From assembly GCA_964057225.1 (NCBI GenBank), contig OZ059897.1:7998001-8062000 (forward strand): a DNA stretch of 64,000 bases, read 5' to 3'. The translations under genes were made by a program, and so were the position numbers. Under the pieces are notes generated by a model. It saw only the letters and a program-made list of their open reading frames with translations, did not search any database and was not told the origin of the DNA. Source of the stretch: Auanema rhodensis. Lineage: Eukaryota; Animalia; Nematoda. Below, in pieces: positions 25,555 to 39,900 of this stretch (within the stretch, counting starts at the first letter, position 1; each line of letters starts with the position of its first letter).

Positions 25555-28500
25555 TTTACTCTCAACCTTCATATCCTTCTACTCGTCATACTCAAACGAA
25601 TAATTCATCATATAGTTTCTTTGAATTCTTTGTTACTGTATATATTCTTGGCCTGTTAATACAGCTGAACAATGAAATCTGATACGGGCAGTCGTTTTCG
25701 CTATCTTATGCTGCTGCTCCCTATCAAACCAAATATGGCTGTCTTCAGATGAGAACAAATCCGACAGCCTGGTTTGTCTTTTAAGAAACAATAACCATTT
25801 CATAGGGTTTGGGTCATTATTTCCAAATTAATCATCTTGTTTCCTCTTCTTTTGTGCCAATTTTCATGGAACCAATCATTCTTCTGCTAGGTTTCAATCA
25901 TCCAAGGTGCTAGTGAGGGTAGTGGTTGAAAACCAGAAATTATTAATAAACAGATGTTACGACCTTGACTACTATTACCAATTCTTCTTTCATCTACTAC
26001 ATTTATCAATATGATATTAACTATATGATATAGGCTTTAAATGTTTATCTACGTGTGACAAAGTTGTAAACTTGTTTCTTTATCTTCCGCCTATTCATTC
26101 ATTCATCTATGAACTTTTCGCTAAATTCAAAAAGATGTCTTCTAATCTGATAAGCAGTTTCCGGTAGAACAACATACGCTACCAGAAATGAGATAAACCT
26201 TCCCCATCCGCAATAGAACATCTGTTTTACGATGTTATTGACTGTTTTTGGCAGATAAAAACAGTCTTTATATGCTTATACATCTTGACATTCATGTAAT
26301 TGGAAGAAAAAATAGATGATTCTAATCAAACATACTTCCGACTAAGAGTTGAGTTGTCAAGTTTCTTTCCAATCATCCAATGTTTATTGATTCTAGTGCT
26401 TGAATCATAGATTCGAGTAAAATAACCTAGAACATACTGAGTTGTAGCTCTCTATCTCTTCTGCTCTTCCTGTGAATTGGCTAGTACTTGACCGCTACTA
26501 GAATGTTTGTAATCGTTAGCTTCAATAAGTTTGTCGGCATACTCGTTTAGATACTACACACATCATTTCATGTAATGTCTTTATACATATATACATAACT
26601 ACACCGAATATACGAAAAGTACCAATTAAGAGAAAGATAAATAAATATTCGACTCATCTCTAACTCTTATATTCCTTCTTGTCTTCTTTTTTTGTAAAAT
26701 AAAACGACAAATTCTTAACTATATCTTGGCCAACATATAGTTAATGTCTTCTTACTTCTACTTTTACACATCTATTGTCTACTAAACGTTTAATAGTCAA
26801 TCAATCGTATACTGTATTCAAACTAAGAGATTAGTTTGAAAACAATGTGGGAGGTCGAAAAGAATGATGATGATGCTGCTAACGACACGATCACAACGAC
26901 GAGTCGTCAAGCTCTTCCATTCGGACGCGCACATAAATTCTGCCGCCTTTTGTGTTGCCATTACGCTGGACAGCGTTTTATGGCAAAGGCTGTTCAGGTC
27001 TCAAACTCTTTCTGGGTTCTAGATTATCGTTTAATGAATTCAAATGAATGAGTTGTATCATTCAAATGATTTGTCTTTATTGTAAATTTCAATGTGAATT
27101 AGATCTTACGAGGGAAAAATGGTTTAGATGATGCAATGTTTCAAGCAAATGAAAGCAATAACAACAAGAATTCTAACATATTCTTCTATTTTTCAGTACA
27201 TGGGATCGTTTCCAATTTCTAACACATCCATGGAACATTTGTCATACCGCTTGGAGAAATTCAGTCCATGCAATATAATGGATGCTTCTCTATCAGTTTC
27301 AATGTCTGGAGTTAAAGTTCACTACAGAGAAGTAAGTTTACAAGTTTTGAAGTTTACGCCTTGTTGGGATAATTGTCATTTGGCTCATCAGACAGGCTCT
27401 TTTCTACTCAAACCTGCATCCGATTTGCCTCAATTCTTTTCCGGCAAAAAGGAAGAGTTTTTAGAATATTGAGTGATGATATCTCTTTACTCATTAGCTC
27501 TTTCTCTCTTCACCGGTTAACAAGGTCTTTATTCAACTAGCGTCAAGCTATTCCTTTGTTTACGATAGATGTATTGAAGATCAAAGCCTTAGCCGCATAC
27601 GATAGACTTAAAGTCTCGCATTGCGTAGGTTTGGAATGCATTGTTGCGCTTAGAATGCTGTAGACAATGGTGTTCATAAAGAGGATTGAATAACACCTGT
27701 GAATGTTCAGAGATAAAACTATTTATTTCTCTTCATCTTCCTCCTTACAGTTCATTTCCGTGTGGTAGCAATCATTTCCTATTAGATGTAATTTAGCCAA
27801 TTGCACTGTCTAGACAAACGTCCTTTAGTAATTATGTTCAGAAGGTTAATTTTCAAATTTAACATCGTCTAACCTATGCGTTGATGAAGTTTCTTTTTCA
27901 AAATTTCAATTTCATTCCTTTGTCTTAGAATGTAACTTCATGTGAACTCTCATAATAGGTGAGAAGAACCAACAGTACCTCTTCACCTATTGGATTCATA
28001 GCCATATCCATGGTAAATCGTGTAGGTGTCATGCAGCTTGTCATGACCCTTAATAGGACATCCATATCAATAGCTAATTTCATTGGTCAATATATGGAGT
28101 TGTATGAGTGTAGATATTGATTCTTCACAACTTTCTAACAGTAACACAGCTGGATATCCATGATAATCACAATAATCTCACCTTATAACTTAGTTAACTA
28201 TATGTATATAGTTATGATATTGGTTTGGATGAGCATATGCAGTGTGTGAGAAGAGACATTGAAGAATACAGCCAGACCATATGGGTCAACGTGTTCATGT
28301 TGTCGTGTGGCTGGGACATTAGGAAACCTTATATAGCCTTCTGCTCTCTCTTTCTCTTTCTTTCTTTTGTTGTAGCCATTGGCTAATTTCCGGTCACAAT
28401 TTCTCAGTTTTTCACTATATTCTCAATGATTTCTTACAAGATATAGTGATATGTGATGAGCTCGTGTATGACGCAAGATACATGAGATACACCTTGTCTG

Positions 28501-31500
28501 TGCCTCACATACGCATATAGAGAGTCGAAAGCTTGACATATGACCTTCACAACGTGCTGTGTGCGTCTCTGGAATCTTGTTGCACAACCATCATGAGATA
28601 AGCACGAGTAAATGGATTAGTTGACAACTATTCATTACATATCAGCAAGACGAAAATGACAAAAAAGGCCATTCACTACTGAAACACAGATATATCGTTT
28701 ACTGTGAAATACTGGGTGAGATTGTTATGACGATAACAGCAAAGTCCATCATCATTGTGTGGTGCTGTCACTAGCGTGTTGCTCGTCTACCGATTCATGT
28801 ATCTCTTCTGTATCTCATCATGTAATCGCAGTTTCGGACGAGAGGTGAACAACGGATGGCACGCGAACACAACACACATATACACATACACACAACATGA
28901 TCTTAATTGAGGGAGAACAAGTGATTTTGTTTTTCTGAAACATCTAATATAAACGAAAAACAGCGCCAGCCATGTAGATGAGGTGTCATGAACGAGGTGG
29001 AGTGAGAAATCTTGCGAGCTTCATTATCCATTTGATGATGAAGCTTGCGAGATTTGTTTACTTGTTTGTTCACTAAGCAAAAAATCAAAAATTATAAGCA
29101 AAAAATCTGTTAATATGGTTATATTATTCAATTATGATGATGAGAATGATGATGTTGATAGATATATACGACGTCTTTACAACATCATACAGCTGACGTG
29201 CATGTCCAGTGGGCAAAAAGAATGCATGGGATCATATATGATTTAGGATTAAAGCATCATAATTATGTCCATCTATTGAATATATAATGAAATCGTTTCA
29301 GGACTTGGTTATTGGCCATTCAATGCGCAGAATTCTTTCTGTTGTTGGACGTCCAGCTATGAAGGAAGTCGCATACATCGCCATGGAATCCTCTGGTCAG
29401 ACATATCGTAAGAAGTGTCACGTCTTTCGATGCCATGACTTGCAGGATGTAAGTTTCTTTTTCCAGTTTTTGTTTCTCTTTTTCTTTCATTTCTTCGACT
29501 ATTGATGTCTCTAATTGTCTTCTGAATTCTATTAACATTCAATTCACCTACACACATCACAGCAGGAGATTACTAAAGCTGAGATGTTGATCGTTAAATG
29601 CTTCACAGTCATCAACTGAATTTACATATATTTCGTTTTCTTTAAAAAGAAACAACCTAGAAAACGAAATAACGCATCTTAGTAATAGTATAATAGAAAT
29701 GGTTTTCCAAGCAACATGATGAGGGAGCTTTCAGTTATTAGCAAAAAGCCTCAATGTTGGCCTAAAAAGGATATTCAGATCCATTCATTACGCATCACGC
29801 TGTTCTAATTTTCTATTTTGAATGGTTATTGCGCAACTCATTAGCCTCTCTTAATTCAACTAAGAGTCCATTTGCCTAAAAAAGGAATATTTAACCTTTT
29901 AGCGTTTATTCTATTATACCATCACAACATATTACATCATCATCATCATCGTCTTCATCTTCAGCAACAAAGTTCTTTTCATTTTTTCTATTACTAGGCC
30001 GCATATAGAATTTACTTATTTCGTTTCATATTTCTTCAAATCTAAACGTATATACACATATTTAGTTTTATATAATTAATTCTCCATATAGTTAGTGTAC
30101 TGTACATACTCACATAACTTATATTGTACCAGCTGATGTTGATGTCGTTTTCAAATTTTCTCTTCCATCTTCTAGTCCTTCTTCAACTCATACTCTTCTG
30201 TTTCCCATCACAGTTTCTCTTGTCAGACAATCTTCTTCTCATGACTTCCTTTACTGACCAATGGTTGTCGCTTTACTCATGTGATTGAGGTGACCATCTG
30301 CAGAATCTTCATACATAGCTGCCTACGTATACTGATTGATTCCGTTGATTTTCGCTTTTGACTTACCAACACCTGGGTACATAGACATCTTCCTTCTTCC
30401 AACAAACTCACATCGACCACCTGGCTTGCCACGATGACCTAAAGTGCATAGCAATTTCCTGGGGGCACAGACGGCGTCTTCAAAGCAAAAAGACAACGAT
30501 AATGGTCTTTTCGACTGTCTAGCTATAGAATCTCGACAATAGCTAAAAGAGCGGCAAATTCGAAATTTCCGGCAATTTTTTCGTCTCGATTCCTGTGAAC
30601 TTTCTGATACTTTTTTTGCCATTTTCCTAGGGTCGAAAAATTGTCAAAATGGCTATGAGGATAAACATCTAAGCCATGAATATACTTCATTTGAAGGTAT
30701 CATCAATGTCCTCATTATGGTTTACTTGTTGTAAATACATGGAACGGTTCCATTCTTACCTATATTCTCAAAAGCAATCTATGTGTCAGCCACCGTTGTT
30801 AGTCGTTAATGAGATTGCGACAAGCGATATGCTTAAGTAGGTTGATGCACTACACTTGTTTGAAATTTTGGAATTTTCAAAGGCATTTGCTGGATAAAAC
30901 GTTTAGAACATAACGATTGTTGTCTCATGTTAGTTGTCACAATTGACTTTGTGGATAATTAACTAGCTAGTCGTTTGTAATATATTCTGAAGAAGTATGA
31001 GACAAGATAATAGGCGACGATGACTTGTCGTTAGTATTGAAGATGAGATGATACATAACGACCATGTCTGTAAATTCCATATTTGAATATATATAAGAAG
31101 TTGTTGTGAAGGTTATCATTAAAGGTGGTAGATTGATAGTATTGAATAGAAATATTGAAAAAAGTCTGCAGATTTCGAGGTCTTTTCACACAAACACTCA
31201 CACCAGAATTCTAACCTCGAGTTAGTTCGTAGCTCTATACAAGGACATTGCCTTCGTTTTTATAGTCACAACAACACTATAGAGGCTGTCTTAAGTTTTA
31301 TTCAATCTGTATCAATTTTTTTATTATTTCATTTGAAAATTCTTTTTCAAAAAAGTATTCTTAAGAAATGATTTGAAATACCTTTTCTTCACACTTATTT
31401 TCCCATCTTTCTCCACCCATATGTGCTATTCGTTCAGTTATTATGACTATCATTCTTCTATTTTTCATCTTTTCAGGTTGAAGAGATTGAGTCAGTGATC

Positions 31501-34500
31501 GGAAACGCTTTTCACGCAGCTCTTCTTGCTACACGAGGTACTCCTCTTCCTGGTATGACTGCTTCAGCCACCTTAATGGGACCAGCCTTAGCATCATCAA
31601 AGTCTGTTCGAGCAATGATGACCTCAACTCCACACGTAAGTTACAATACTATCCATATATATATATATTATATATCCATATGTATATAATAAAAAAACTT
31701 CATAGTAAATCGGATAAAAGGTGACAATATATGGTAATTGAATCCTTTTTACACAAGCTTCATCTCCTATGTATCTCACTCATTACAAAGCTTTGCCGCA
31801 GCTATTGTAACTTGATATTTACCTTTTTTTTCCGGAAATGTTTCTTTTTTTTAACCAAATTGACCTAGCAGATCACGGCAGGGGGGTTCAGAGATAGAAA
31901 TAAGTATATGTAAGACAATCTTCTTTTGAGTTAAGGGATGTTACTATTACTATTGTAGCCACTAACTTAATATGATATAGTTAACCTTTTATAGTCGAAT
32001 ATCTTTATACTAAGTGCAAGTATATAAAATATATTCATTATTCAATGAATACGAAGCGTGACAGGTGGAATTCATCGGCTTTCTCTAGCATTGGCTTGTC
32101 TTATAGACATTAACGTTACTCAAAAGCCACGCCGCTAATTTTATGAGCCAAGGTAGTCTCTTTCAAATGGGCATAACACAGGGATGATCCTGCTAATATT
32201 ATATATGTATGATATAGTATATATAACGAAGAGAATATAGAGAGAAAATTAGGGTTGTCCAATTGTGAAGCGTCGTTTTCTAAATAACCAACAACGGACA
32301 GCTAACGAACTAACAAGATCCTTGTTATTACTCCGAAGCATTCGTTTTTCGAATTCAAAAAACATCTAAATCCCATCCACTTTCCTTAAAAATGCCACGA
32401 AATGAACTAATAACTGCATTTGAGGTTTGTAAACTGAAATATTATAGAAAATTTAGAGATTTAACTGATACATTAATCAATTTTGCTTTTTAGATTACAA
32501 ACGGAGCAATGTCCGAGAAAAGAACCAGCTCAACTGCATTCCTTAGCCGTTTGATGGGTAAAGGAAGAGATTCAATGGTCGATGATTCTGCCAAAACCAA
32601 GAGGTATGACAGATATACATAGTTTGAATTCAAATCTCAAAGTCATATTGGTGTTCAATGCAATGCTTAGTCTGTCAGTTGAAAAAACCTGATTTCTCAT
32701 CGTGCATCATGTTCAAAGTGACTCACTGGGTGGTCGCTGTTTTTAAATCTTTTTTCACTTCGTTCACTTCCAAAATGTTTTCCTTCTTGGAAATAGAAGC
32801 AAACTGTGTGATTAATCTGATCACAGCACGACATAAACATCTTGACCACCAAAAGAGTCTTAATAATGGATGATGGTGATGTTCTAAGATGAATATGAGA
32901 AATCAGATGGACAGACCTGCTGCCATTTGTGAATAGATATAGATATTATGAGAAATCGAACTAAATCTCATCCGTCTTGTTTCCAGAAAGAGACGTCCCG
33001 TCAGTGCTGTCTTCTCTGCTTTCCAACGTCTCTCATCTACTGCTACATTGAACCAGAAAAGGGTAAGTCAATGCGTATTCAAAAGGAAAAATCAACTTGA
33101 TTCAAGTTTTAAACTTATTTCAAGCTTGAAATGTTGTAAAATCAAAGAATCCGACAAATTCCCCCCACGTAGTTAGTGTTGCGTAATCTTGAGAAGAAGA
33201 TCATAAAAATTTGAATTGTTTCATCTTTCCGGAACATAAACTAACTATTCGTTCACAGGTGGCTCAAATACTTTTCAAATTATTGCATATGACAGTAAAA
33301 ATGATATCCAAACGAACAGACGGCCATCTTAATTGAGTTTCTTAATCTGCTCGTACTATTCATACCATATTTCGTTAAAATTTATGAATTACGTCAATGT
33401 CCTTAAGAACTTCTTCGAACTTGTTACGTCACCTAAACTACTCGTGGCCAACAGGCACATTTCTGATGACCATACTACCGTCTGGTGCCAGAGCATTCCT
33501 GTCCCTAATCTCGGTTGACGCGAATATCTTCTGGCTATTCAATATGCCAAGGCATAGAGTATGTCTACAGGAAAAAAACCTTTTAATAAACGATATGTGA
33601 CGTCATTGTTGGTCAACAGGCTGTACCACTTGAGCTCTGTTTGGCAGCCTTGTCAAGTTAGCAACATGTATGTATGTGTGAAAATAGAAGAGAGGGGAGA
33701 AAAACATTAATTTATTAATGTAGAATAAAGCCTTATAAGTAAATAAAAGCACTTTTCCTCATAATAAATATACAAATATAACAAAAAAAGTAAAGTTATA
33801 AAAGATTTATTTTCTGTTTCTTTTTGAATATTTACAATAAAAAACAAACATATGTCCTCATATAAAGAAGAGTTTCTTTTCTATTGTTTTATTTTCATCA
33901 AATCACAAAAGAAGAATATATAAGTATACTTCTTACAATCTCTAGTTCAAGTACTTGTATTCGTTTTGTTTTGAAACCATATTTTACAATTCTTGAATAG
34001 ACCAGACGGTCAATTCAAACTAGGAGGCAACCTTTTGATTCAAATAATCTTATTAGATTTCCTGTATTTTGAGTAAAGAGAGAGAGAGAAAAGGGAGAGT
34101 GAAAGAAAAAAAGAAGTTTATTTAGAAATCTCATATTTCATAGATTACTTCATAGCGAATAATTAAGAAACAGAAAAAGTGTAATTGCATAGCTAATTAT
34201 TCAATTATTTCATTAAAATTGCCGAGAGTTCTAATATATTTATTTAATTTTAATTTTACAGATGTCAGCATATGAGCCAACTGTCCATGATGGACGTCGT
34301 CCAATGACTAGAATCAATGCTTCACCCGTTCCTGAAGAACCTATCCCACCTACCGTTTCTGATGAAGCTCAAAGATTAAGCAAGGTAATATTCAAAACTT
34401 TCATAGATATATTGTTATTTTTCTTATTTCTTTAGGCTATTGATACCCCTCCTGCTTTGATTTTTGATGAAAAATTGGGAGAAATGATTTATCCTATTGG

Positions 34501-36421
34501 AGAATCTCTTCAAGCTCAATTAGAAAACGTCAACTATTTCGTAAAGTTGCCAACAAGGTAAGAGTATAGTCTTCTTTCTTTGAAATTCACCAGAGGGATT
34601 CCCGACTAGTCTCGTCACATCCATTTTCCCAGACACAAAGTTAACTTCCGACACGTGCTCCCACAATTCCTCTCATTGAAAGGATTAATGACAAGTCAAG
34701 TTTCAAGAGATTATCTAAACTTTAAAGAATATCCTGTAACTTCCCGAGTTTTCATGAAGGTCAAAGAATCAAATGACCAAGGTTTGGATATTCATGATAC
34801 ACGTGCCTTCACTCATAGGCTGTCAATCCTTCTATCTTCACTATTCCGACAATTTTTTTGCTTAGAATACGAAGATAATCGCTTGTCTCTCCTTTTCTCT
34901 TTCACTATGTAATACATCCTCATTTCACAGAAGAGGTCAACGCTTTCCTATCGGTATTTCTTCAAAACAATAGATTCTTCATTACATCCGATACGGCTTT
35001 CCTGTTGAGCTATTCAAAAGATTTGAATTAATTCTTCTAAGAATATCGGAACGATTAATATACTACACAATGCGCCACAAAGCAATTAGTTTCTTCTATC
35101 AATATTCTCCATTTGCCATGTTTTTTTGGAAACTTATGAGGGGGATATAGAAAAATCAATCAAACCAAAAAGCAATTAAGAAAGCCAAAATATGTTTGTG
35201 TTGAAAAACCGTTCATTACGCATCATGTTGCTCAAGATTCTCATCTTATGAGGTCAAGCGATGAGCTACTCTATTTACCGTATACCATTTGTGCTGGCAG
35301 CTTACCAAAGACCATCTGTCTTTGACGAAGTTAGTAGATGCAGCCGGATGATCTGGGTTGACCTCTTTTCCCATTACTGATTATGGCTAAGATGGTGTCT
35401 AGTTGGGAATCCTTTCAGTCATTTTCGTTTTTTTGAATTCATATGCCACATGACAACAGGTGTGTGCACGTAAGGTTATCAAAGGTCATACCTCTGTTGT
35501 CATGTGAATCACCTAAAACGAACCGAATGACGATGAGACGAGATGATGTCATCACACGTGGTCTTTCATGTTATTCACATAATTATGCTCAAAATCACAT
35601 ATTCATTCCGTTTTTTTACAGAGAATTACTCGTCCGCAACTTGCTGTCTCATCCAGAAGGAGCATTCGTCGTCAGATACTCTGAATCCAAAAAGAGATGC
35701 TTAGCATTGAGTGTACGTGTACCTCAAAGCTATAATCCTTCCGGTCTTGCTCACTATCTCATTATTCGCAATGAAGATGGATACCGTATTAAGGTTCGTT
35801 CAAGTTTTAAAGCATTCTCATGCAACTTATGTAAATGAAGAATAATCTCACTTAAACCAAATAACCTAAGTTTGTATACTTAAATCTTCATGTAATACAA
35901 GTAGTTCCCATACTCTACTGTATCTATTTACCATTTATGGACAACACAGATTGTGCAATTACTATAATTCGTAGCTGTACGTGAGACCCATTACCTATGC
36001 AGGCTATGCCTTTGTCTACATAAAGTATAATTAAGTGTCTAACTGAGATTATTCAGCAGTGCATAATTAAGATTATATTCCCATAGAAATAGACAGATTC
36101 TTAATTATTTTCTTTTTTCAGGGCTTCAGCAAACACTTTGCCAGCTTACAAATGCTCGTCACTCATTATTCCGTATTACAAGAACAACTTCCTGTTCCTC
36201 TTCACTTTGTTGCCTGGAATAAGGATGACTGGAAATCAGTCTCTTATGATCTTCCCGTGGAGCACAAGGAAAAGCGACACGTTTCCAATCCTCGCCAAGT
36301 TCCCGAACTCGATGAAAACAGAAATACCAAGTACTTCCATGACATCGATTGGGTCACACCTAAGAGATCTAGCCGTCATTTCGAAAAGCGATACTCCAGA
36401 CTATTCGATATCGATGGTTAG
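24282..36421 (+). CDS. PTB(PID) + SH2 domain adaptor protein (SH2D5/EGFRAP-like), about 640 aa
   Basis: Eleven phase-compatible exons: 24282-24356, 24721-25224, 27197-27331, 29302-29448, 31477-31635, 32494-32603, 32987-33062, 34262-34384, 34436-34557, 35622-35793, 36122-36421. PTB motifs: VK|YMGSFPI, LSVSMSGVKV, HSMRRI, KKCHVFRC, IGNAF. SH2 motifs: PEGAFVVRYSES, LALSVR, HYLI, FASLQMLVTHYS..LPVPL. Confidence 0.9.
25506..25546. repeat. (CT)n microsatellite in intron 2 of the PTB-SH2 gene
   Basis: Read directly from the sequence. Confidence 0.9.
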
Positions 36422-36802
36422 GTTCTGAACTTTAATAAGATTTCTATCTATCACTCCAACATTAATAATCTCTGCTGCTTGTCATGAATTCATTTGTAGT
36501 CCAGTAGCCTGATAGTCTATTACATAGCTATTTTGCCGTTTCAGAATTTCAAAATTCCGTCAATATAGTCCCATTTATCTATTCCAAACCGGTGCTCATT
36601 GAAATATATAAATACATATATATTTACGAACGCAAAGCGTAAGCTCTGATCTGAGATTCTTTTCGTATTTTTTTAAACTTTTTTCTTTTTTTTTCCAGAT
36701 GTATATACATGTATTAATTTAAGATTACCATACAAAATATGATAATAAAATTTAATATTCCAAATCTCCTTACAAGAAACAATGTACAAAAACGACTAGC
36801 GT

Positions 36803-36844
36803 AAACAAGAGTGAAAACAAGAGTGAAAACAAGAGTGAAAACAA
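36803..36844. repeat. 12-bp tandem repeat AAACAAGAGTGA x3.5 in the predicted szt-2 3' UTR
   Basis: Three perfect units plus AAACAA. Confidence 0.9.
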
Positions 36845-36948
36845 CGATAAAAACCGTCGAAAAATGAAAAACTAACTAGAACACAACTAACTGCTAAGTT
36901 TCTAATTTTCTTTCTAGTATAAGACCCGAAAATAAAAATAGTGAAAGG

Positions 36949-39900
36949 TTATGTTCGTCCTGGAGGTCGTAGAAGTAAATCAGCCCATAGTGAAGCTGTC
37001 ACACATTGGACTAATTCGTCGAAAGCCTGATCCAGCAGTTTCTCTCTGCAAAAAAATAATACAATTTGAAGCTGGATATTGTGTTGTTACTGATATCGCC
37101 TTGTGTCATCATCGAAAGTATCATTCAAACTATCTTTCAATAGAACACTCAATCGAGGACTTGTTTCTAATTCACAGCTTACTAAGAACAGAGTATAATT
37201 CGGATTATTAGGATTTGTAATCAGAAGACACTAAAACATTTTTCATGAATATCTGTTTCAGAATATTGCTTACCTTTTTCGTAGATGGATGAGGATATTC
37301 TAAGAATCTACAACGATCAGAACCATATCTTGCAAATAAGAAACGACATAGACGAGCACAATTTGTGCCTTGTAAGAGAGAGTTCAACCTAAATTTGAAA
37401 GTATTACTAAAAAATTTCAATATCACAATCACCTTTCTTCTCTGTCGCTCATTTCAACTGTTTGGACAAGGCTTAAGAGAGTATCGAATTCTTCTGCTGG
37501 AAGATCGTGAGAGTAACCTTTAAGAATCCCCCAAACATCAGTTTGAGGATTTCTGAAATTAGACATTAAAATCTTCTTAAGGTTTTAGGTAACAAACTTC
37601 GATGGAAGTAACGATTTGAAGGCAGATGCCTGAGAAGACGGTTTTTTGAGCACAAGAATCTGAAAATTGTTTTTTTTTAGATTCAATAATAACAGAACTA
37701 TTTACCTTTGACCAGATATTATCTCGACGGCATTTCCACTCAGCTTCAATGACAGCGTGATCTAGAAGTTTTGAATAATCAGCAACGGCTTCTTCCAAAA
37801 TCATTTGTAAGTTCCTCTGTTTTGCACATAAGAATTGAACATAAATGACTTTTTCGCCAGGCATTTCCAAATCTGAAAACATTTAGTAATTAGTAATTAG
37901 AAATCAAAGCAACGTCATCAATAATACCTTCTACGTCCACGGTTTTTCTATGTCTTCGACTCGATGAGCCTTCTACTGACAACCGACTAGGCATATCAGA
38001 GTCAGAATCAGCCTTAGTGCCTGATCTTGCAGGAGAAAAAGATAAATCGGTTTCTGTAAAACATAAATGGTTATAGAGAAATATGCAAAAATAAATTACC
38101 ACTACTACCGGAAGCTCTAATTTGAGTTTGAGCTTTATCTATACCACCACTAGAGAATCTACGCTTTTTGTTAACCGATCCATCTACCATTGGTAACCCT
38201 CCTTGGCTAAAAGAAGTAAGTGTACCAGGATGAAAGATTAAAAATCCTACGTAACGATATCCACCATTTGCTCTAGCTCAGCTTCTTTTTCTGCTTCGGA
38301 TGGACCTACGTGCAAGAATTCTCCAACGTCATCTTGACTGTATTCCTCTCTATGAATTTCATCCTCCATCGGACTTACTAAAATAAATACAATTTATTGA
38401 CCATTACAATTAATCCTACTATGTGTCACGTCAACTAAAACTAAATACTGTACAAGATGGAATTTTCCTGGTTTTTCATCTTTTCTACGATCTCGTAGAA
38501 GTACTCTCAACTTCTCATGCTAAAATAAGTATTAGAGAATGATAAAGAATTCTATATTGAATAACCCCATTCAAGTTCCTCGGTTTCTCACTAGAAACCA
38601 ACATGAAGTCGTGAGCCTTGCTACCAACGTCATCTTCGGAATTCTGAAAAAAAGACGTTTTCAATCAGTTGAATTTTTAGATTTGAACCTTTAATCGTAC
38701 AACAGTCCATCCATAATGCTTCTCGTAGTGCATATCCAAGAAGTGAGTCCAGATATCTTTCGGACTCACTCCATGTTTCAAATCAAACGTTGGTCTTACT
38801 GAAATTATTCTTAATGTATGGATAAGACATACAAAACAAACCTTCATAAACGCAATTTCTGGCATTAGGAGGACGACAACCATAATATTTCAAGAAATCA
38901 ACAAGAAAAGAATACGTATTATAACCATGACTAAATAGAACCTAAAATATGATCGTCAGCTATATGGTCTATGCAGTATACTAAACCTGGTCCTTTCCAA
39001 CTAAATATTTACTAAGAATTCGTAGATGAAAATCATAGGTGAAGGAATGTACATGACATCTGGACAGAATGCTGTCTTTAACACCTTCTAATTTTCTCCA
39101 ACGAGCTCTTGCTTCAGTATCATTCTATAATATTTTAATTGAGAAATTTTGATAAAAATTTAAAAACATACTATATTTCTATTAGGCTGAATTAAATCAC
39201 TAGAACTATACACATGAATGGATAATATAAAATATGGTTGGAAGAAAGAAAGTTTAACAACAATTATTCCACCTTAAAATATTAAAATATAACAGTAAAT
39301 AGTAAACAAATAATTAGTTGTACCGCAAGTTTCTTTGAAAAGGGATACAGTTGGAGCATAAGTGCAACCTTGGGGATATTCAGTTTGATACCATGACATC
39401 TTCTTACTTCTTAAAAATATATATTATTATCGTACAACTCATTTATCTTATAGACTAATGCGAGAGAGAAACAAACTTTTCTGTCAGGTTCGTTACTTCA
39501 AACGGCTTCAAACCTGTGGATTTCAGGTAAGAAATATAATCATTCATTAACATATACAAGATTTTGACCTAAAATATAAAAGTTAAGATAAAACAAAAAT
39601 TGGAAATAGAAACCTCAAATGGATCTTCATGTTCACTTTTGAATCTCAAGGGTTGTTGTTGAGCTGATGAACTAGGAACATTCAAAGTGCTGGATCGTAT
39701 TCGGCGACTCGAGCCTGAAGCAGGAGGGCGAGACGAAGATTCTTTTTTAGGTGTCTTAGACTCGATGGTCGCTCGAATCTATAAGAAAAATTAAACGTAT
39801 ATATAATCTGTAATATAGTTACTTCAGCAATCTTTCGTCTCCATTTAGGGAAGAGTAGCACGGGGGTTTGAACAAAATGAACTCTTCTGGAGCATTCCAA

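Noticed and set aside
25882-25938. Hairpin with a let-7-like TGAGGGTAGTGGTTG arm
   Set aside because: The seed differs from GAGGTAG and the pairing is too short and bulged.
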